Positions 49,194 through 60,378 are shown, counted from the whole stretch's first letter. The stretch: DNA of 63,740 nt, filler included, from Candidatus Fermentibacterota bacterium (GCA_016928395.1; 4 parts of 4 records of this genome joined end to end with filler, not necessarily neighbours in it), one strand, 5' to 3'. The notes: generated from the letters alone by a model not told the origin. Made by a program: numbers and translations.

Positions 49194-50540
49194 CTATCCT
49201 CTCAGCTTCGTGGAAACCCGGGCACGAAGGATGATGGCGGTGATGTTGAGCAGAAGAACCAAAGCGACCAACGTGAAGACCATGCCATACTGCACGTGAC
49301 GAATCTGATCCACGGCTTCATGTTCGGTGGCGAGGTTGTAGATGTTCCAAGGCAACGCTGGTGTCGGCTTGGAGAGCGTCTCCCACACCTTTAGGGGCTT
49401 TCCCACGCTCACGGCGGCGGTGAAGATGATAGGCGCCGTCTCGCCGGCGGCCCGACCCATGCTGATCACGATGCTGGTTAGTATCCCGGGAAGTGCGGCG
49501 GGGAGGATGACGGACACGATAGTGTGCCACTTGCCCGCCCCCAGGCTCAGCGCGGCCTCCCGGTAGGTGAGCGGCACGGCGCGGATCGCCTCCTCGGAGG
49601 CTCTGATCACCGTGGGCAGCACCAGCAGCGCCAGGGTAATGGCTCCGGCCAGCACGCTTTTCGAAGAGGACACGTGCAGCGTGTTGATGAAGAACGCGAG
49701 GCCGAACAGGCCAAACACGATGCTGGGGACTCCGGCCAGCGAACTGATGCAGGTGCGCAGGAGCTGGATGAGACCGGTATCCTTCGCATACTCCACGAGG
49801 TAGATGGCGGCGATGACGCCCATGGGTACGGCGAAGAGCATGGCGCCGATGGTCAAATACAGCGTGCCGAGCATCTCGGGCCAAATGCCGCCGAAGAAGT
49901 GGGCGTCAAGCGAACTATCGAACAGAAACCGCCAATAGAGAGTCGTCCGAGGCCGAAGCATCGCCTCGACATGCTTTTCCAGGTAAGGGAAGAAGCCGTG
50001 AAGGCGAGTGCCTTCATACAATGCCTGGCGCGGCGTGTATACCTTGGTCCCCATGCGAGTAGCGTCAGAGTAATCGTAGGACTCGACATATAGGATCTCC
50101 TGCAGCTTGAGCTGGGCCTGATCCCATCGGGTCTGGCCATACTGCCGCCGGATGAGTGCGGGGGTCGGCTCCCCGGGAAACGGCCCCAAGAGACTCTGCA
50201 CCAAAGTCTCGAGCTCACGGACGGATGTGCGAAACATCCGGCGTCTGTCCGGATCGAATCCTTCCATTTCCTCCTTGAATTCCGCCAGGATTCGGTACAG
50301 GGGCTCCCGCGCGATCCTTGCCGCCTCCAGATCTTTATCGACGACGGCGCGATTACCCCGCCCGAAGCGCTCCAGCATAAGCCGGCGATGCTCCACCGTG
50401 GCCTTGAACACGAAGGCATCGAGCCCCCTGACGAACATGGGCGCCAGGATCACTATGAGCGATGCTGCCATGAGGCCTACGGCGAAGAAGCCGAGCCCGC
50501 TGAACGACCGGTCCAGCATTCGCCGGGTTGAGAGGCGCAT
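49194..50540 (-). CDS. pstA: Phosphate ABC transporter permease PstA with N-terminal soluble insertion
   Basis: [31 protein letters not shown]. Confidence 0.95.
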   Translation of the reverse strand: MRLSTRRMLDRSFSGLGFFAVGLMAASLIVILAPMFVRGLDAFVFKATVEHRRLMLERFGRGNRAVVDKDLEAARIAREPLYRILAEFKEEMEGFDPDRRRMFRTSVRELETLVQSLLGPFPGEPTPALIRRQYGQTRWDQAQLKLQEILYVESYDYSDATRMGTKVYTPRQALYEGTRLHGFFPYLEKHVEAMLRPRTTLYWRFLFDSSLDAHFFGGIWPEMLGTLYLTIGAMLFAVPMGVIAAIYLVEYAKDTGLIQLLRTCISSLAGVPSIVFGLFGLAFFINTLHVSSSKSVLAGAITLALLVLPTVIRASEEAIRAVPLTYREAALSLGAGKWHTIVSVILPAALPGILTSIVISMGRAAGETAPIIFTAAVSVGKPLKVWETLSKPTPALPWNIYNLATEHEAVDQIRHVQYGMVFTLVALVLLLNITAIILRARVSTKLRG

Positions 50541-51716
50541 CTACGTGCCCTCGATCCCGCGGAGGGTTCGCCGACGCACGTGCTCACTCGCCAGATTGCA
50601 CAGGAAAGATATGAGCAGAAGTCCGGCCGCCATGGCAAAGAGGACGTGGTAGCGAGCCGATCCCATCACATGATCGGCCTCGCCCATGTCACCGGCAATC
50701 GTGGCGGTCAGTGTGCGTACCGGTTGCAGGACATTGTACCACGGATCGGGGATCTGTGCTGCATTGCCCGAGGCCATCCAGACCACCATAGTCTCCCCGA
50801 TCGCCCGCATGACGCCCAGAATGACTGCGGCGAGTATGCCGCTGCTCGCGGCAGGGATGATTACCTTCACGATGGTTTCGGCTCGGGTCGCGCCCAGGGC
50901 GTAGCTGCCCTCGCGAAGGTCGCGGCCCGTGGCCTGCAACGCATCTTCCGAGACGCTCACGATCGTAGGCAAGGCCATGATGCCCAGAATGAGTGAAACG
51001 TTGAGGGCGTTGGTGCCGCTGTCGATGTCAAGCCCGCGCAACTCAGCGCCCAGGCGCCACAACCCGAACCCTCCCAGCATCGCCAGCGCTACGGTGAGAG
51101 CATAGCGGAGGATGCGGGTTCTGGCGCCCGTAAATCGCGAGGCCGCCAGATCGCCGGCCACCACCGACATCAGAAGAACCAACGGGGTCCCCACACACCA
51201 GGCCGCCACTGCCAAGACCGGTCCGCCGTGAGACTGGAGCATCGGCGCAAGCACCACCAAGGCGAAGAAGCCGTATGCCACTGACGGGATGGCGGCAAGG
51301 ATCTCGATGACCGGTTTCACGGCCTGACGCAGCGTAAAGGGGAGGACATCGCTGAGGCACACCGCGGCGGCGATGCCCATGGGTACCGCGACTACCACGG
51401 CTCCCAGGGTCACGAGGCCGCTCCCGAAGAAGATAGCCAGGGCCCCGAAGTGGGGCGGGGTGCCGGAGGGATACCAGTCCTTGGTGGTCAGAAACTCGGT
51501 GATCCCCCGCAACTGGAAGAAAGGGAGGGCGTCCCTGATGATGAAGTAGAAGATGAAGAGGATGGAGGCGGCACTGAACGCGGTGACGAGGAAGAGCAGC
51601 CCCTGGCCCGTCGCCGCAGCGATGCGGGCCCATCGGCTGGCGCTCCTGGAGAGCAGGAGGCTTCGAGGGGGGCGCGGATCGATCGTGCGATCCGTGCCCC
51701 TGGCCTCAGACGTCAT
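50541..51716 (-). CDS. pstC: Phosphate ABC transporter permease PstC
   Basis: LAAIPSVAYG, MRAIGETM, RTLTATIA. Confidence 0.95.
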   Translation of the reverse strand: MTSEARGTDRTIDPRPPRSLLLSRSASRWARIAAATGQGLLFLVTAFSAASILFIFYFIIRDALPFFQLRGITEFLTTKDWYPSGTPPHFGALAIFFGSGLVTLGAVVVAVPMGIAAAVCLSDVLPFTLRQAVKPVIEILAAIPSVAYGFFALVVLAPMLQSHGGPVLAVAAWCVGTPLVLLMSVVAGDLAASRFTGARTRILRYALTVALAMLGGFGLWRLGAELRGLDIDSGTNALNVSLILGIMALPTIVSVSEDALQATGRDLREGSYALGATRAETIVKVIIPAASSGILAAVILGVMRAIGETMVVWMASGNAAQIPDPWYNVLQPVRTLTATIAGDMGEADHVMGSARYHVLFAMAAGLLLISFLCNLASEHVRRRTLRGIEGT

Positions 51717-51742
51717 CGACGAGACCTACCCCGTCTCCCTGA

Positions 51743-52558
51743 TTAGTATGCGGTCACCGGGACGAAGCCGATGCCCTCGACCATCTCCTGGCCTTTGGCG
51801 GTCAGGTGAAGGGTGACGAAAGCGTGGAGATGACTGCCCAGCTTGGGATACCCATTGGTGAACATGAACAGCGGCCGGGCCACCGCGTAGGTGCCGGACG
51901 CGACGGTCTGCGGGGTGGCAGCCACGCCATTCACCGTCACGGCTTTGACCGTGTTGTCCACGAAGCCCAGCCCAACGTAGCCAATAGCCGCATCGGTGCT
52001 CTGAACGCGCTGGCGGGCAGCGCCATTGCTGCCGACGTACTCGACGCTTCCGGCCATCTTCTGCTTGTTCATTACCAGCGTCTCGAAGGTCTCGTAGGTG
52101 CCGCTGTTGGTATCGCGGCTTACCACGATGATCTTCTTGTTTGGGCCGCCGATATCCTTCCAGTTGGTGATGGCGCCAGTGTAGATGTCGCGGATCTTGT
52201 CTACGGTCAGATCCTTGACCGGGTTGGCCGGGTGGACAACAACGGCAATGCCGTCCATGGCGACCACGTGGGCCGTGGGCATCCTGCCGGCATCGGTCGC
52301 AGCCTTGAATTCCTCGTGCTTCATGAAACGGGACATGTTGGCGATATCGCACGTGCCATTGACGATGCTCTTGGCGCCGTTCCCTGAACCCGATTCGCTC
52401 ACGGTGATGTTCACGTCGGGGTTGTTCTGCATGTAGTACTCGGCGAAGGCCTTGGCGATGGGGCCGACCGTGGTCGATCCGTCGAGGACCAGCGTCGAGG
52501 GATCGCCGGCAAAGGCCGTACCAATGAGTGCGCATGCAAGGATCAATGTACGGAGCAT
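51743..52558 (-). CDS. pstS: Phosphate ABC transporter substrate-binding protein
   Basis: Signal peptide, DGSTTV, GSGNG, SR, SRDTNSGT; AGGAGG RBS before ATG 52558. Confidence 0.95.
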   Translation of the reverse strand: MLRTLILACALIGTAFAGDPSTLVLDGSTTVGPIAKAFAEYYMQNNPDVNITVSESGSGNGAKSIVNGTCDIANMSRFMKHEEFKAATDAGRMPTAHVVAMDGIAVVVHPANPVKDLTVDKIRDIYTGAITNWKDIGGPNKKIIVVSRDTNSGTYETFETLVMNKQKMAGSVEYVGSNGAARQRVQSTDAAIGYVGLGFVDNTVKAVTVNGVAATPQTVASGTYAVARPLFMFTNGYPKLGSHLHAFVTLHLTAKGQEMVEGIGFVPVTAY

Positions 52559-52816
52559 CTCGTTCCTCCTGTGTGTGGGTGCCTGCCCGAGGCCGGGGTA
52601 TCCGGTGCCGGGCGTTCTTGTGTGAGGTGAGCGGTAGACCTGGGTTGAGCGATTAGTGCCGTTGCGAGGCACACAGTCCGCGAGCGAGCCCCGATGCTGG
52701 AGCGCCGAGCCGACGCGGGCGTATCCACCCGATACGCCGAGGAGGCGAGACGGGAAGCGAGCGGCGCAGCCGCGCAGTGTGGGCCGGAGTAGACGGGAAT
52801 CGCTCACCACAGGACC

Positions 52817-53866
52817 CTAGAACTTGAACGCAAAATCGAGCTGCATCCGGCCGTAGTCGGTCTCCGCGCCGCCTTCGCCGATGCCGCGCTTGTTAAGGAA
52901 ATAGGTCAGACCGAGATCAGCGTCCTTCATGACCTGGAGGCCCGCACTGACCACCACGCCGCTGGCATCCGTGCCGCCGCCGCCGAAGTCGGAGCCGCAG
53001 AAGGCGGGGTTGACGGCATTGGCCTCCAGAGACTGGTAGTAGGCCATCAGGTCCCACGAGCCTGGCGCCTTCTTCTTGCCGAGGCCCATGCCGAACACCA
53101 TGCCGGTGTTGTCGTCATCGGCCTCGCCGTTGGAGGCGAAGTCGACAAAGAGCGAAGCCGGCATCGTGCCGAGTTTCGTGCCAATCTGAGCCATGACCTG
53201 CATGATGTTGTAGAGTTCGACTTCGGTATAGGTGAAGTAGCCCAGACCTGCGGTCAGGTCCAGGGTGCCCAGCTTCGCCGAAAGCCCGGCCTGGCCTCCC
53301 ATGAGCATGACGTCGGAATCGTCTTTGATCTCATCGACCCACAGATAGCCCGCATTGGCGAAAAGCTTCGCCGAACCCACGGGAGACGAGAATCTCAGCG
53401 CGAGTCCCTCGGGGGTGAGGTCGCCGTCCCAGAGCAACTCGGACTTGCCGGGGGCCACGAACGGAGTCTTCATCTTGCCCAGGAGGATGCTCAGACCTTT
53501 GAGCGAGGCGGGATGCACATCAGCGTATGCCATATCGATGGCCACGCCCTTGTTGGCGAAGTCGCCGTCCAATGTCTGATTAGTGGAGACCGGATCGGTG
53601 GTCCCGCCAGTGGCGAGGCTCAGGCGAAAGCTCAGCGCATCCGAAACCGCTGCATCGAGGTAGAGCCGCGTGCGTATGCGGTGGCGCATCTGGGTGTAGG
53701 TGTCACCGTCGGCATCGGTCTTGGAATCGTCCGAGATGGTCTCGAGGCGATACCGGAAATCCCCGCCGAGCTTCAGCTTGTCCGACCATGCTCCGCCTTC
53801 GGCGGCATGGGCCACTCCACACACAAGGAGAAGCCCACTCACTATCGCTGCCAGGTGTCGACGCAT
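52817..53866 (-). CDS. Putative outer-membrane porin (Porin_5-like), first gene of the pst operon
   Basis: Signal peptide, GDFRYR, DPVSTNQTL, WDGDLTPEG, terminal F. Confidence 0.85.
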   Translation of the reverse strand: MRRHLAAIVSGLLLVCGVAHAAEGGAWSDKLKLGGDFRYRLETISDDSKTDADGDTYTQMRHRIRTRLYLDAAVSDALSFRLSLATGGTTDPVSTNQTLDGDFANKGVAIDMAYADVHPASLKGLSILLGKMKTPFVAPGKSELLWDGDLTPEGLALRFSSPVGSAKLFANAGYLWVDEIKDDSDVMLMGGQAGLSAKLGTLDLTAGLGYFTYTEVELYNIMQVMAQIGTKLGTMPASLFVDFASNGEADDDNTGMVFGMGLGKKKAPGSWDLMAYYQSLEANAVNPAFCGSDFGGGGTDASGVVVSAGLQVMKDADLGLTYFLNKRGIGEGGAETDYGRMQLDFAFKF

Positions 53867-53956
53867 CGTCCCTCCTTAAGTAGGGTTACCCGGCTCCAAA
53901 GCTCTCCAGCTTTGGCATGTGCTCACCGTGAGCACAACATTGAGAGAATATGCCTG

Positions 53957-54001
53957 AGCAGAGTGAGAAAGATGTGAGGGATTTATGAAGAGTTCATGAA
54001 G
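53957..54001 (-). promoter_or_regulatory. Tandem Pho boxes
   Basis: Minus strand TTCATGAACTC TTCATAAATCC CTCACATCTTT CTCACTCTGCT: four units at exact 11-bp period upstream of porin-pstS. Confidence 0.75.
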
Positions 54002-54335
54002 ACAGACGGCCGACGCCCGCTCAAGCTCACGTTGGGTTTTCATACGATCGGGGCGTGGCGTCATTCGTTGATCCTCTGAGCGCGGCGCTTCTGCCGAAGG
54101 AGCGGCCTGACCCGTGAATGAAAGCGCAATGGGGCATCAAGCTCGCAGAGGCAGCGCGTTAACCCTGACGTGTGCCGGCTCGGGCCCAGTGAAGAGTACC
54201 CGGCTGCATCAAAGCCCCTCCCGGGGAGACCACACGTCTCACGGCATCGTGGGGAGGCCCATGAGAACGCTCTCAGACGAACTTTAAGAAATAAAGTAGG
54301 CTCCCTTGCCCTTGTCTGCCCCATCGGGCGAGTCC

Positions 54336-56090
54336 TCAGGGCAGGGGAAGGTGAATCTGGAACGTACTCCCGACTCCCGGGGTGCTCTCTACCGTCACGC
54401 TGCCGGCGTGGGCATGAATGATGTGCTTCACGATGGCCAGGCCCAACCCGGTGCCTCCCAGGGTTCGGCTGCGTGCCTTGTCGACGCGGTAGAACCGTTC
54501 GAAGATTCTCGAGAGGTGGCGCGGCTCGATGCCGCACCCATGATCCTCGACGGTGATCACTACTTCGTGGTTCCGGTCTACCTTCAGCACGACGGCGCCG
54601 CCGACTTCGCTGTAGGTGATGGCATTGTCCAGTAGATTGACTACCGCTGTCTCCAGCAGTGGGCCATTGATCCGGGCACGGATGGATGCCGGGCATGCCA
54701 CTTCCACCGAGACTCGCTTATCGGCGGCTTTGGAGGCGCAGGTCTGCACCGCGCCGCCGATCACGGCCTCCAAGGGAGCTTCTGTGAGCGCGATGGCGCG
54801 ATCTTCGTCTTCCTCGATTCGTGAAAGCATGAGCAGGTCACGAATCACCGCGTCCAGGCGAGACGCCTGACGCGTGATGATATCGAGAAAGGTCGCAGCG
54901 TCGCAGGGCGTGGCCATTGCCCCTTCTATCAGTGTCTCCGCGGCGCCTTGGATGGCCGCGATGGGCGTCTTCAGCTCGTGTGATACATTGGAGACAAAGT
55001 CACGACGGATCTGCTCCAGTCTCCGAAGCCGTGTCACATCGTTGAGCACCACCACCGCGCCGACTCGCATGCCCTGGGGATCCCGCAGGACCGCGCCGTG
55101 GGCTTGCAGGTAGCGATCGCTATTGCCCAGCATGGTGAGATCCGCCTCGACCGGCTCCACTGACGTGAGTGCCCGCCGCACCAGCGCGTGAAGGTCGGAG
55201 TTGCGGATTGCCTCCTGGATGGTGCGTCCGACGGCGCGTTCCGGTGGAACACCGACAATCCGGCCACATGCCTCATTCATCCAGACGACCCGTTCGGACG
55301 AATCAACGGAAAGAACTCCCTCCGTCATGCTGGTCAGCACTGCCTCCCGTTCGTTCCTCTCCTGCGTGATGATCGCGATACGCTCCCCAAGCTGATCAGC
55401 CACATCACCCAGAGACCGGGCGAGTTCATCGATCTCTGTAAGACCGGTGAACGGTACTCTGTGCCTGAGTTCGCCCTGGGCAAACGCCTTAGCGCTCTCA
55501 GCAAGCCTGGCCAACGGAGCCTTGATCCTGCTGGCGACGCCGAGGCTGAGCAGCCCAAGCAGGACTGCCGTGGCAACGGCAATGGCCGCGAACCGCCCAT
55601 TGAGGTCGCGAACCGATTGCTCGACGACCTCGAACGGAAGTGCGGCCCGCACCACGGCCCGTACACCCTGGGAGTCCTCGATGGGCAAGGTCGCGTAGAT
55701 CATTGATCGCCGTAGGGTTCCTGAGGCGCGCACCGATACCGATGGCTCTCCCCGCAGTGCCCCTACGATCTCCGGCCGATCAGAGTGATTCTCCATGGAG
55801 GATGGATCCGCGTCGGAGTCACCCACTACAGTGCCGCGGGGATCGACCACGGTGATACGGGTGCCGGAGGAGCCGCCCAATGTCTTGCAGGCCCGATCAA
55901 TGAGGGAATCAGGAAGGGCGCGAACATATTCCCGTGCCAACGCGGCTCGTGCCTGAATCTGGGTGGAGAATAGCTCGACTTGCGTCTTGCGTACGGTGGT
56001 CGCCGTGACCGTATAGACCACGAGCAACACGAGGCCGACGATCAGGGAGTATGCCGCGAAAAGCTGCCAGAAGAGCCGTCTTCGCCGCAT
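54336..56090 (-). CDS. phoR: Phosphate regulon sensor kinase
   Basis: ENHSDRPEI, HAMP, PAS, DFVSNVSHELKTP, FERFYRVDKARSR, GTGLGLAIVKH. Confidence 0.93.
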   Translation of the reverse strand: MRRRRLFWQLFAAYSLIVGLVLLVVYTVTATTVRKTQVELFSTQIQARAALAREYVRALPDSLIDRACKTLGGSSGTRITVVDPRGTVVGDSDADPSSMENHSDRPEIVGALRGEPSVSVRASGTLRRSMIYATLPIEDSQGVRAVVRAALPFEVVEQSVRDLNGRFAAIAVATAVLLGLLSLGVASRIKAPLARLAESAKAFAQGELRHRVPFTGLTEIDELARSLGDVADQLGERIAIITQERNEREAVLTSMTEGVLSVDSSERVVWMNEACGRIVGVPPERAVGRTIQEAIRNSDLHALVRRALTSVEPVEADLTMLGNSDRYLQAHGAVLRDPQGMRVGAVVVLNDVTRLRRLEQIRRDFVSNVSHELKTPIAAIQGAAETLIEGAMATPCDAATFLDIITRQASRLDAVIRDLLMLSRIEEDEDRAIALTEAPLEAVIGGAVQTCASKAADKRVSVEVACPASIRARINGPLLETAVVNLLDNAITYSEVGGAVVLKVDRNHEVVITVEDHGCGIEPRHLSRIFERFYRVDKARSRTLGGTGLGLAIVKHIIHAHAGSVTVESTPGVGSTFQIHLPLP

Positions 56091-56093
56091 GGT

Positions 56094-56786
56094 CTACTCT
56101 TTGACGCGGTAGCCGACACCACGAACCGTCTGGATGCAGGAGCGGGTCGGCCCCAGCTTGCGGCGAATCGACGCCACGTGGACATCCACTGAACGATCGG
56201 TTACCGCATAGTCTTCGCCGCGTACCGCATCAACGATCTGGTAGCGGGTGAAGACCCATCCCGGATGTCGCGCCATGTGTTCGAGAATACGGAACTCGGT
56301 GAAGGTCAAGTCAATCGGCTGTTCCGCCACGGTGACACGGTGCCGCTGCCGGTCAATGACGATGTCGCCAAGGGAAAGGATCGAGTCTCTGTCGGGTTGC
56401 GGCGCACGGGAGGGCCGGCGTCGGAGAACGGCCCGTAGCCGCGCGGTCAACACCTTGGGGCTGAAGGGCTTTGTGACGTAGTCATCCGCGCCGAGCTCCA
56501 GCCCTGTGACAATGTCGGCTTCTTCGCCTTTGGCAGTAAGCATGATGATGGGGATTCCGTCGGTGGCAGGGTCTTTTCGAAGTACCCGGCAAAACTCCAG
56601 CCCATCCATGCCGGGGAGCATCAGATCAAGGATTACTACGTCCGGAGGCTCCGTCCGCACGCGGCGAAGACCATCCTCCGCGGCGGCGACCGCCACGACA
56701 TGGTAGCCTTCCTTCTCAAGATTGTAGCGGACGATATGCCGGATGTCTTCCTCGTCCTCGACCACAAGCACGGTTTTCCGGGGCAT
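56094..56786 (-). CDS. phoB: OmpR-family response regulator PhoB
   Basis: VEDE, LDLMLPG, KPFS, RSVDVH, TVRGVGY; adjacent to phoR and pst. Confidence 0.9.
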   Translation of the reverse strand: MPRKTVLVVEDEEDIRHIVRYNLEKEGYHVVAVAAAEDGLRRVRTEPPDVVILDLMLPGMDGLEFCRVLRKDPATDGIPIIMLTAKGEEADIVTGLELGADDYVTKPFSPKVLTARLRAVLRRRPSRAPQPDRDSILSLGDIVIDRQRHRVTVAEQPIDLTFTEFRILEHMARHPGWVFTRYQIVDAVRGEDYAVTDRSVDVHVASIRRKLGPTRSCIQTVRGVGYRVKE

Positions 56787-56982
56787 AGGTACGACTCCTG
56801 AGGCGGTGTAGACCCAAGTAAGAGTCGCTTTGTCAAGAACATGCTAGCATCGTGTGAGAATCAGGTCAAGGCGGAAGGCATGCCGGCCTCCGACAGGTAG
56901 CAGATGAATACCGCACGGTTGACGCGAAGGGCCGGTGAGGTTTCTTCCAGCCTGTTGAGTGTGATATCGTGCGTGACACGGA

Positions 56983-59220
56983 GTGTCGCTCGGGCGTATT
57001 CCTTCGCCGAGGAGGTCTCTTGTGAAGATGCTGTGCGTATGCCTCGCAGGTCTTGCCCTTGCCGCGGTTCTTGGCTGCTCCAAGGATTCGACATCCCCCC
57101 TCGTCGACGACACCTACGTGCTCGAAGAGACCCAGACCATCGGAGGCGTCGGAGGAACTGTCGAGACTGACGACTTCTCCCTCTTCATTCCCGCCGGAGC
57201 CTTCGCGGAGGACCACACGGTCACGCTCTACGTCTCCTCCGAGGACAGGCCGTTCGAGGAGAACCAGGTGACGCGGACATTCCGGCTGGAGGGGCTCCCT
57301 GAGGAGTATTCACAGCCTTTGCGGGTCAGCATCAAGTATGACGGGGTGCTTTCGGGGGAGACCTACCTTGCCCAGGGATCGCGCGTCTTCGACTACCTGG
57401 CGGGGGATACCGCCGTGGTCCACTCCTTGCGTGCCGCATCGGACTCCGCGGGGTACCTGGTCGCCCAGATACCCCAGGTTCATCAGGGCGTGTCGCGTCT
57501 TCGTCACGGCATTCACATGCACCGAGGGGCCGCCGACGGCGCTGCGGATCCGCTGGAGCTTCTCGGGCTCAACGGATACAGCACCAGGGAGACCGAGCAC
57601 TTCGCCATCAGGTATCCGCTGCATCTGGTCGAGGTGAATATGGGCCATGTGGCCGAGCTTCTCGAGGGTTGCTACCAGACCGTGGTTGATGATATCCACC
57701 TTAGTTATGAAGCGCGATGGTGGCAGTGGCCCATAGGGGTCGTGGTCAAGAGGTTACCATCGGACGCGCCGCGGAGCGTTTCCTGCGCGCGGTTCCCGGA
57801 CAGAGTATCGCTCAGCATAGACCAGGCCACGCTGAGCCGGGGCGATCTGGCGACAGTGCGGGTTGATGCCGGGCAAGAGCTTCTGGCCTTGGCCTTGGAA
57901 TCGTATGATCGGTTCGATCCCGCTGACGTGCCGCGGTTCTGGCTCGCGTTGGCCACCTTGGTATGGGCTCAGGAATGGTGTGTCGACGGCCCCGGCTACC
58001 AGTACCCGGACTCCTTCGTCGGCAGGGAGATGGCGCCCTTCCACGGCATGCGGGCCGGCGCTGGGCAGGACTGGCAGTCTGTACGATTACACGGCTTCGG
58101 CATGTCGGCCCTGATCGAGTACCTGGTGAACGACCCGCGATACGGCGAGTATGGCATACGGAACACCTTCGAGGCGATTTGGGGCGGCACCGCGCCCACC
58201 GCCGCACTGCTGAACAACGTAAACGCGTTGGTCTCGGAGTGGTGGCCGCAGTTCTTCAAGGCCTACGTAGGCGGCGAGCTCTACGGGGTGGGAAAGGGTG
58301 TCTTCACCAGCAGTTCGAACCTGTCGGGAAGCTGGACGATCGCCACCGGAGATGACAGCGTGAAGGTATTCACCGGACGCTACCCGGATCTCTCGGCGAA
58401 GCTCTACCTGATCAACCTGGACTACCCGACGATCGATGAGAGCGCCGACCTGCTACTCGCGCTCGGGGGGCAGACCGGGTATCAGGAGCCCTGGGGCGTG
58501 ATGGCGTTCGGCGTTGGTGCGACATCGCTGGAGTACTGGGGCCATTCCATTGCCCAGGGTTCGACCAGTCTGCAGGTGCCAGGCCTCAAGGCTCTGTACG
58601 ACGCGGGCACACGACAGATCCTCGTTGTCGCCATCTGCAGCAATCCCTCCGACACCTATCTCCAGGAGACCGATGCCGATCTCGAGATCAGGATAACCCA
58701 GGAGGAGGAACCGATTGGAGGAGAGTGGAACGCAGGGCACCTCTACCTCTGGTCGATCCGGGGTCAGTACGCAAGGGACTACTTCGATCCCGGTGAGGAG
58801 GATACAGAGTACGAGTATGCGGATAGAAATTTCGAATCTGTCTACTTCCAGGGGAGCACGACGGGGAACACCTTCACCGCGAGCTGGGACAACACCGTCC
58901 TAAGCTATCGTTATCAGGGCTCGGTTCTGGCCGTCTTCAGCGGGGATCCTCCGAGTGAGATTTCGGAGATCGAATGGAACGAGACGATCAGTACGGATAC
59001 CGTCACAAGGAGCTACTCCATCACCATGAATGGCGTGCCGGTTTCAAGCAACTGGGACAACGGGTTCACGGCAGAGGTCTGGGGAGGGGAGACCTGTGAC
59101 TATCTTGGTTCGCTGTTTCATACGATCACCTATGCCACGTTTCGAGACGTGCTGCAGGAGTGGGAGTGCAACACCGAGTATCCGCAAAGCGGCATCAGGC
59201 TGAGCTTCTCGAAGGAGTAG
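56983..59220 (+). CDS. Large secreted lipoprotein of unknown function
   Basis: Lipobox AVLG-C; N-terminal IG..GG...LFIPAGA ZU5-like segment; start probably 57022-57028. Confidence 0.7.
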   Translation: MSLGRIPSPRRSLVKMLCVCLAGLALAAVLGCSKDSTSPLVDDTYVLEETQTIGGVGGTVETDDFSLFIPAGAFAEDHTVTLYVSSEDRPFEENQVTRTFRLEGLPEEYSQPLRVSIKYDGVLSGETYLAQGSRVFDYLAGDTAVVHSLRAASDSAGYLVAQIPQVHQGVSRLRHGIHMHRGAADGAADPLELLGLNGYSTRETEHFAIRYPLHLVEVNMGHVAELLEGCYQTVVDDIHLSYEARWWQWPIGVVVKRLPSDAPRSVSCARFPDRVSLSIDQATLSRGDLATVRVDAGQELLALALESYDRFDPADVPRFWLALATLVWAQEWCVDGPGYQYPDSFVGREMAPFHGMRAGAGQDWQSVRLHGFGMSALIEYLVNDPRYGEYGIRNTFEAIWGGTAPTAALLNNVNALVSEWWPQFFKAYVGGELYGVGKGVFTSSSNLSGSWTIATGDDSVKVFTGRYPDLSAKLYLINLDYPTIDESADLLLALGGQTGYQEPWGVMAFGVGATSLEYWGHSIAQGSTSLQVPGLKALYDAGTRQILVVAICSNPSDTYLQETDADLEIRITQEEEPIGGEWNAGHLYLWSIRGQYARDYFDPGEEDTEYEYADRNFESVYFQGSTTGNTFTASWDNTVLSYRYQGSVLAVFSGDPPSEISEIEWNETISTDTVTRSYSITMNGVPVSSNWDNGFTAEVWGGETCDYLGSLFHTITYATFRDVLQEWECNTEYPQSGIRLSFSKE

Positions 59221-59275
59221 TCTTCGCACGGGATCGTAGCTGAGCGTCTTCGAGGATAGACAAAGGAGGGAGCGA

Positions 59276-59830
59276 ATGAGACATCCGAGTGTCACTATGC
59301 TCATGGGGGTTCTGTTGCTGGGTGCGCCCGGCGCAGGCGCAATCGGTGTCACCGTCGGGGGATTCGGGGGGTACAATGTCCCCATCCTTCAGGATGATGT
59401 CGGGCCCGGGCCGCTGTACGGCATGAGAGTCAAGCTCAAGAGCGAGCTACCCTTTGTGCTGCAGCCGTACTTCGCCATGGTTTCGGAGGGTGATGTCGAT
59501 TACGCCGAAGAAGGAATCGAGTTCACGCAGGAAGGCGGTTCATTCACTTCCTTCGGGCTGGATCTGGCCTTTGGCGGGTACCGTGATGAACCAGGCATCA
59601 GCCCGTACTTCGTGGTGGGAATCGGCGCCTATTCGCGAGATCCCGGCCAGAAGTACCGGGAGACACTCACCAGCTTCGGGGTCGACCTTGGATTCGGCGT
59701 GGTCAGCAAGGTCGCTCCCATGCTGGATTTCGACCTGAGCGCCCGGGTACTTGCCTTCATGCTCGATGAGGGGGGATCCAGGAAAAGCCTCGGGATAGCG
59801 GCCGGTCTGAACTACTACTTCGCGCGATGA
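59276..59830 (+). CDS. Small outer-membrane beta-barrel protein
   Basis: Signal peptide, SPYFVVGIG, AGLNYYF terminus. Confidence 0.75.
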   Translation: MRHPSVTMLMGVLLLGAPGAGAIGVTVGGFGGYNVPILQDDVGPGPLYGMRVKLKSELPFVLQPYFAMVSEGDVDYAEEGIEFTQEGGSFTSFGLDLAFGGYRDEPGISPYFVVGIGAYSRDPGQKYRETLTSFGVDLGFGVVSKVAPMLDFDLSARVLAFMLDEGGSRKSLGIAAGLNYYFAR

Positions 59831-59847
59831 GAAGGGAGGTATGCAGC

Positions 59848-60378
59848 ATGAGACGACACAAGGCGTTCTTCATGGGGATGGCGCTGCTTGGGGCACTGTG
59901 TGGCGGGTGCTTTCTCATCAGCGCCCAGATGACCATTGTCTACAAGGCCGGCGATGGGTTCGGGACGGCAGACCAGTCGGTGTACAGCTACCATGTCGAT
60001 CTCAACGACAATAGCGACTACCGCGAACACAATGACAAGATCAAGAACGTTGAGGCCTTCGGATTCGACGTGACCGTCGCCAATCTCACCGGCAGTCCGG
60101 CCAACGGTGAAGGATACATCTCGTTCTCCGAGATCGTCTCGCCCACCGTAGCGAACATCCAGGCCCAGGCGACACGGGTCTTCTCGGGGATACCGCTGGA
60201 GCCCGGTGAGACACGCACTATCACCTACGACGAGTCGCAGCGTTATATCGACCGAATCGATGTCCTCGATGAGGCCATCAAACAGGGCATCGTCTGGTTC
60301 TACGTGATCACCGACCAGGGGATCCGGATCTCGAGTACCGGCCTCACCTTGGTGATGACCGTCAACCTCCAGGCGTAG
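59848..60378 (+). CDS. Hypothetical lipoprotein
   Basis: GGAGG RBS; MRRHK...LCGG-C lipobox. Confidence 0.65.
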   Translation: MRRHKAFFMGMALLGALCGGCFLISAQMTIVYKAGDGFGTADQSVYSYHVDLNDNSDYREHNDKIKNVEAFGFDVTVANLTGSPANGEGYISFSEIVSPTVANIQAQATRVFSGIPLEPGETRTITYDESQRYIDRIDVLDEAIKQGIVWFYVITDQGIRISSTGLTLVMTVNLQA

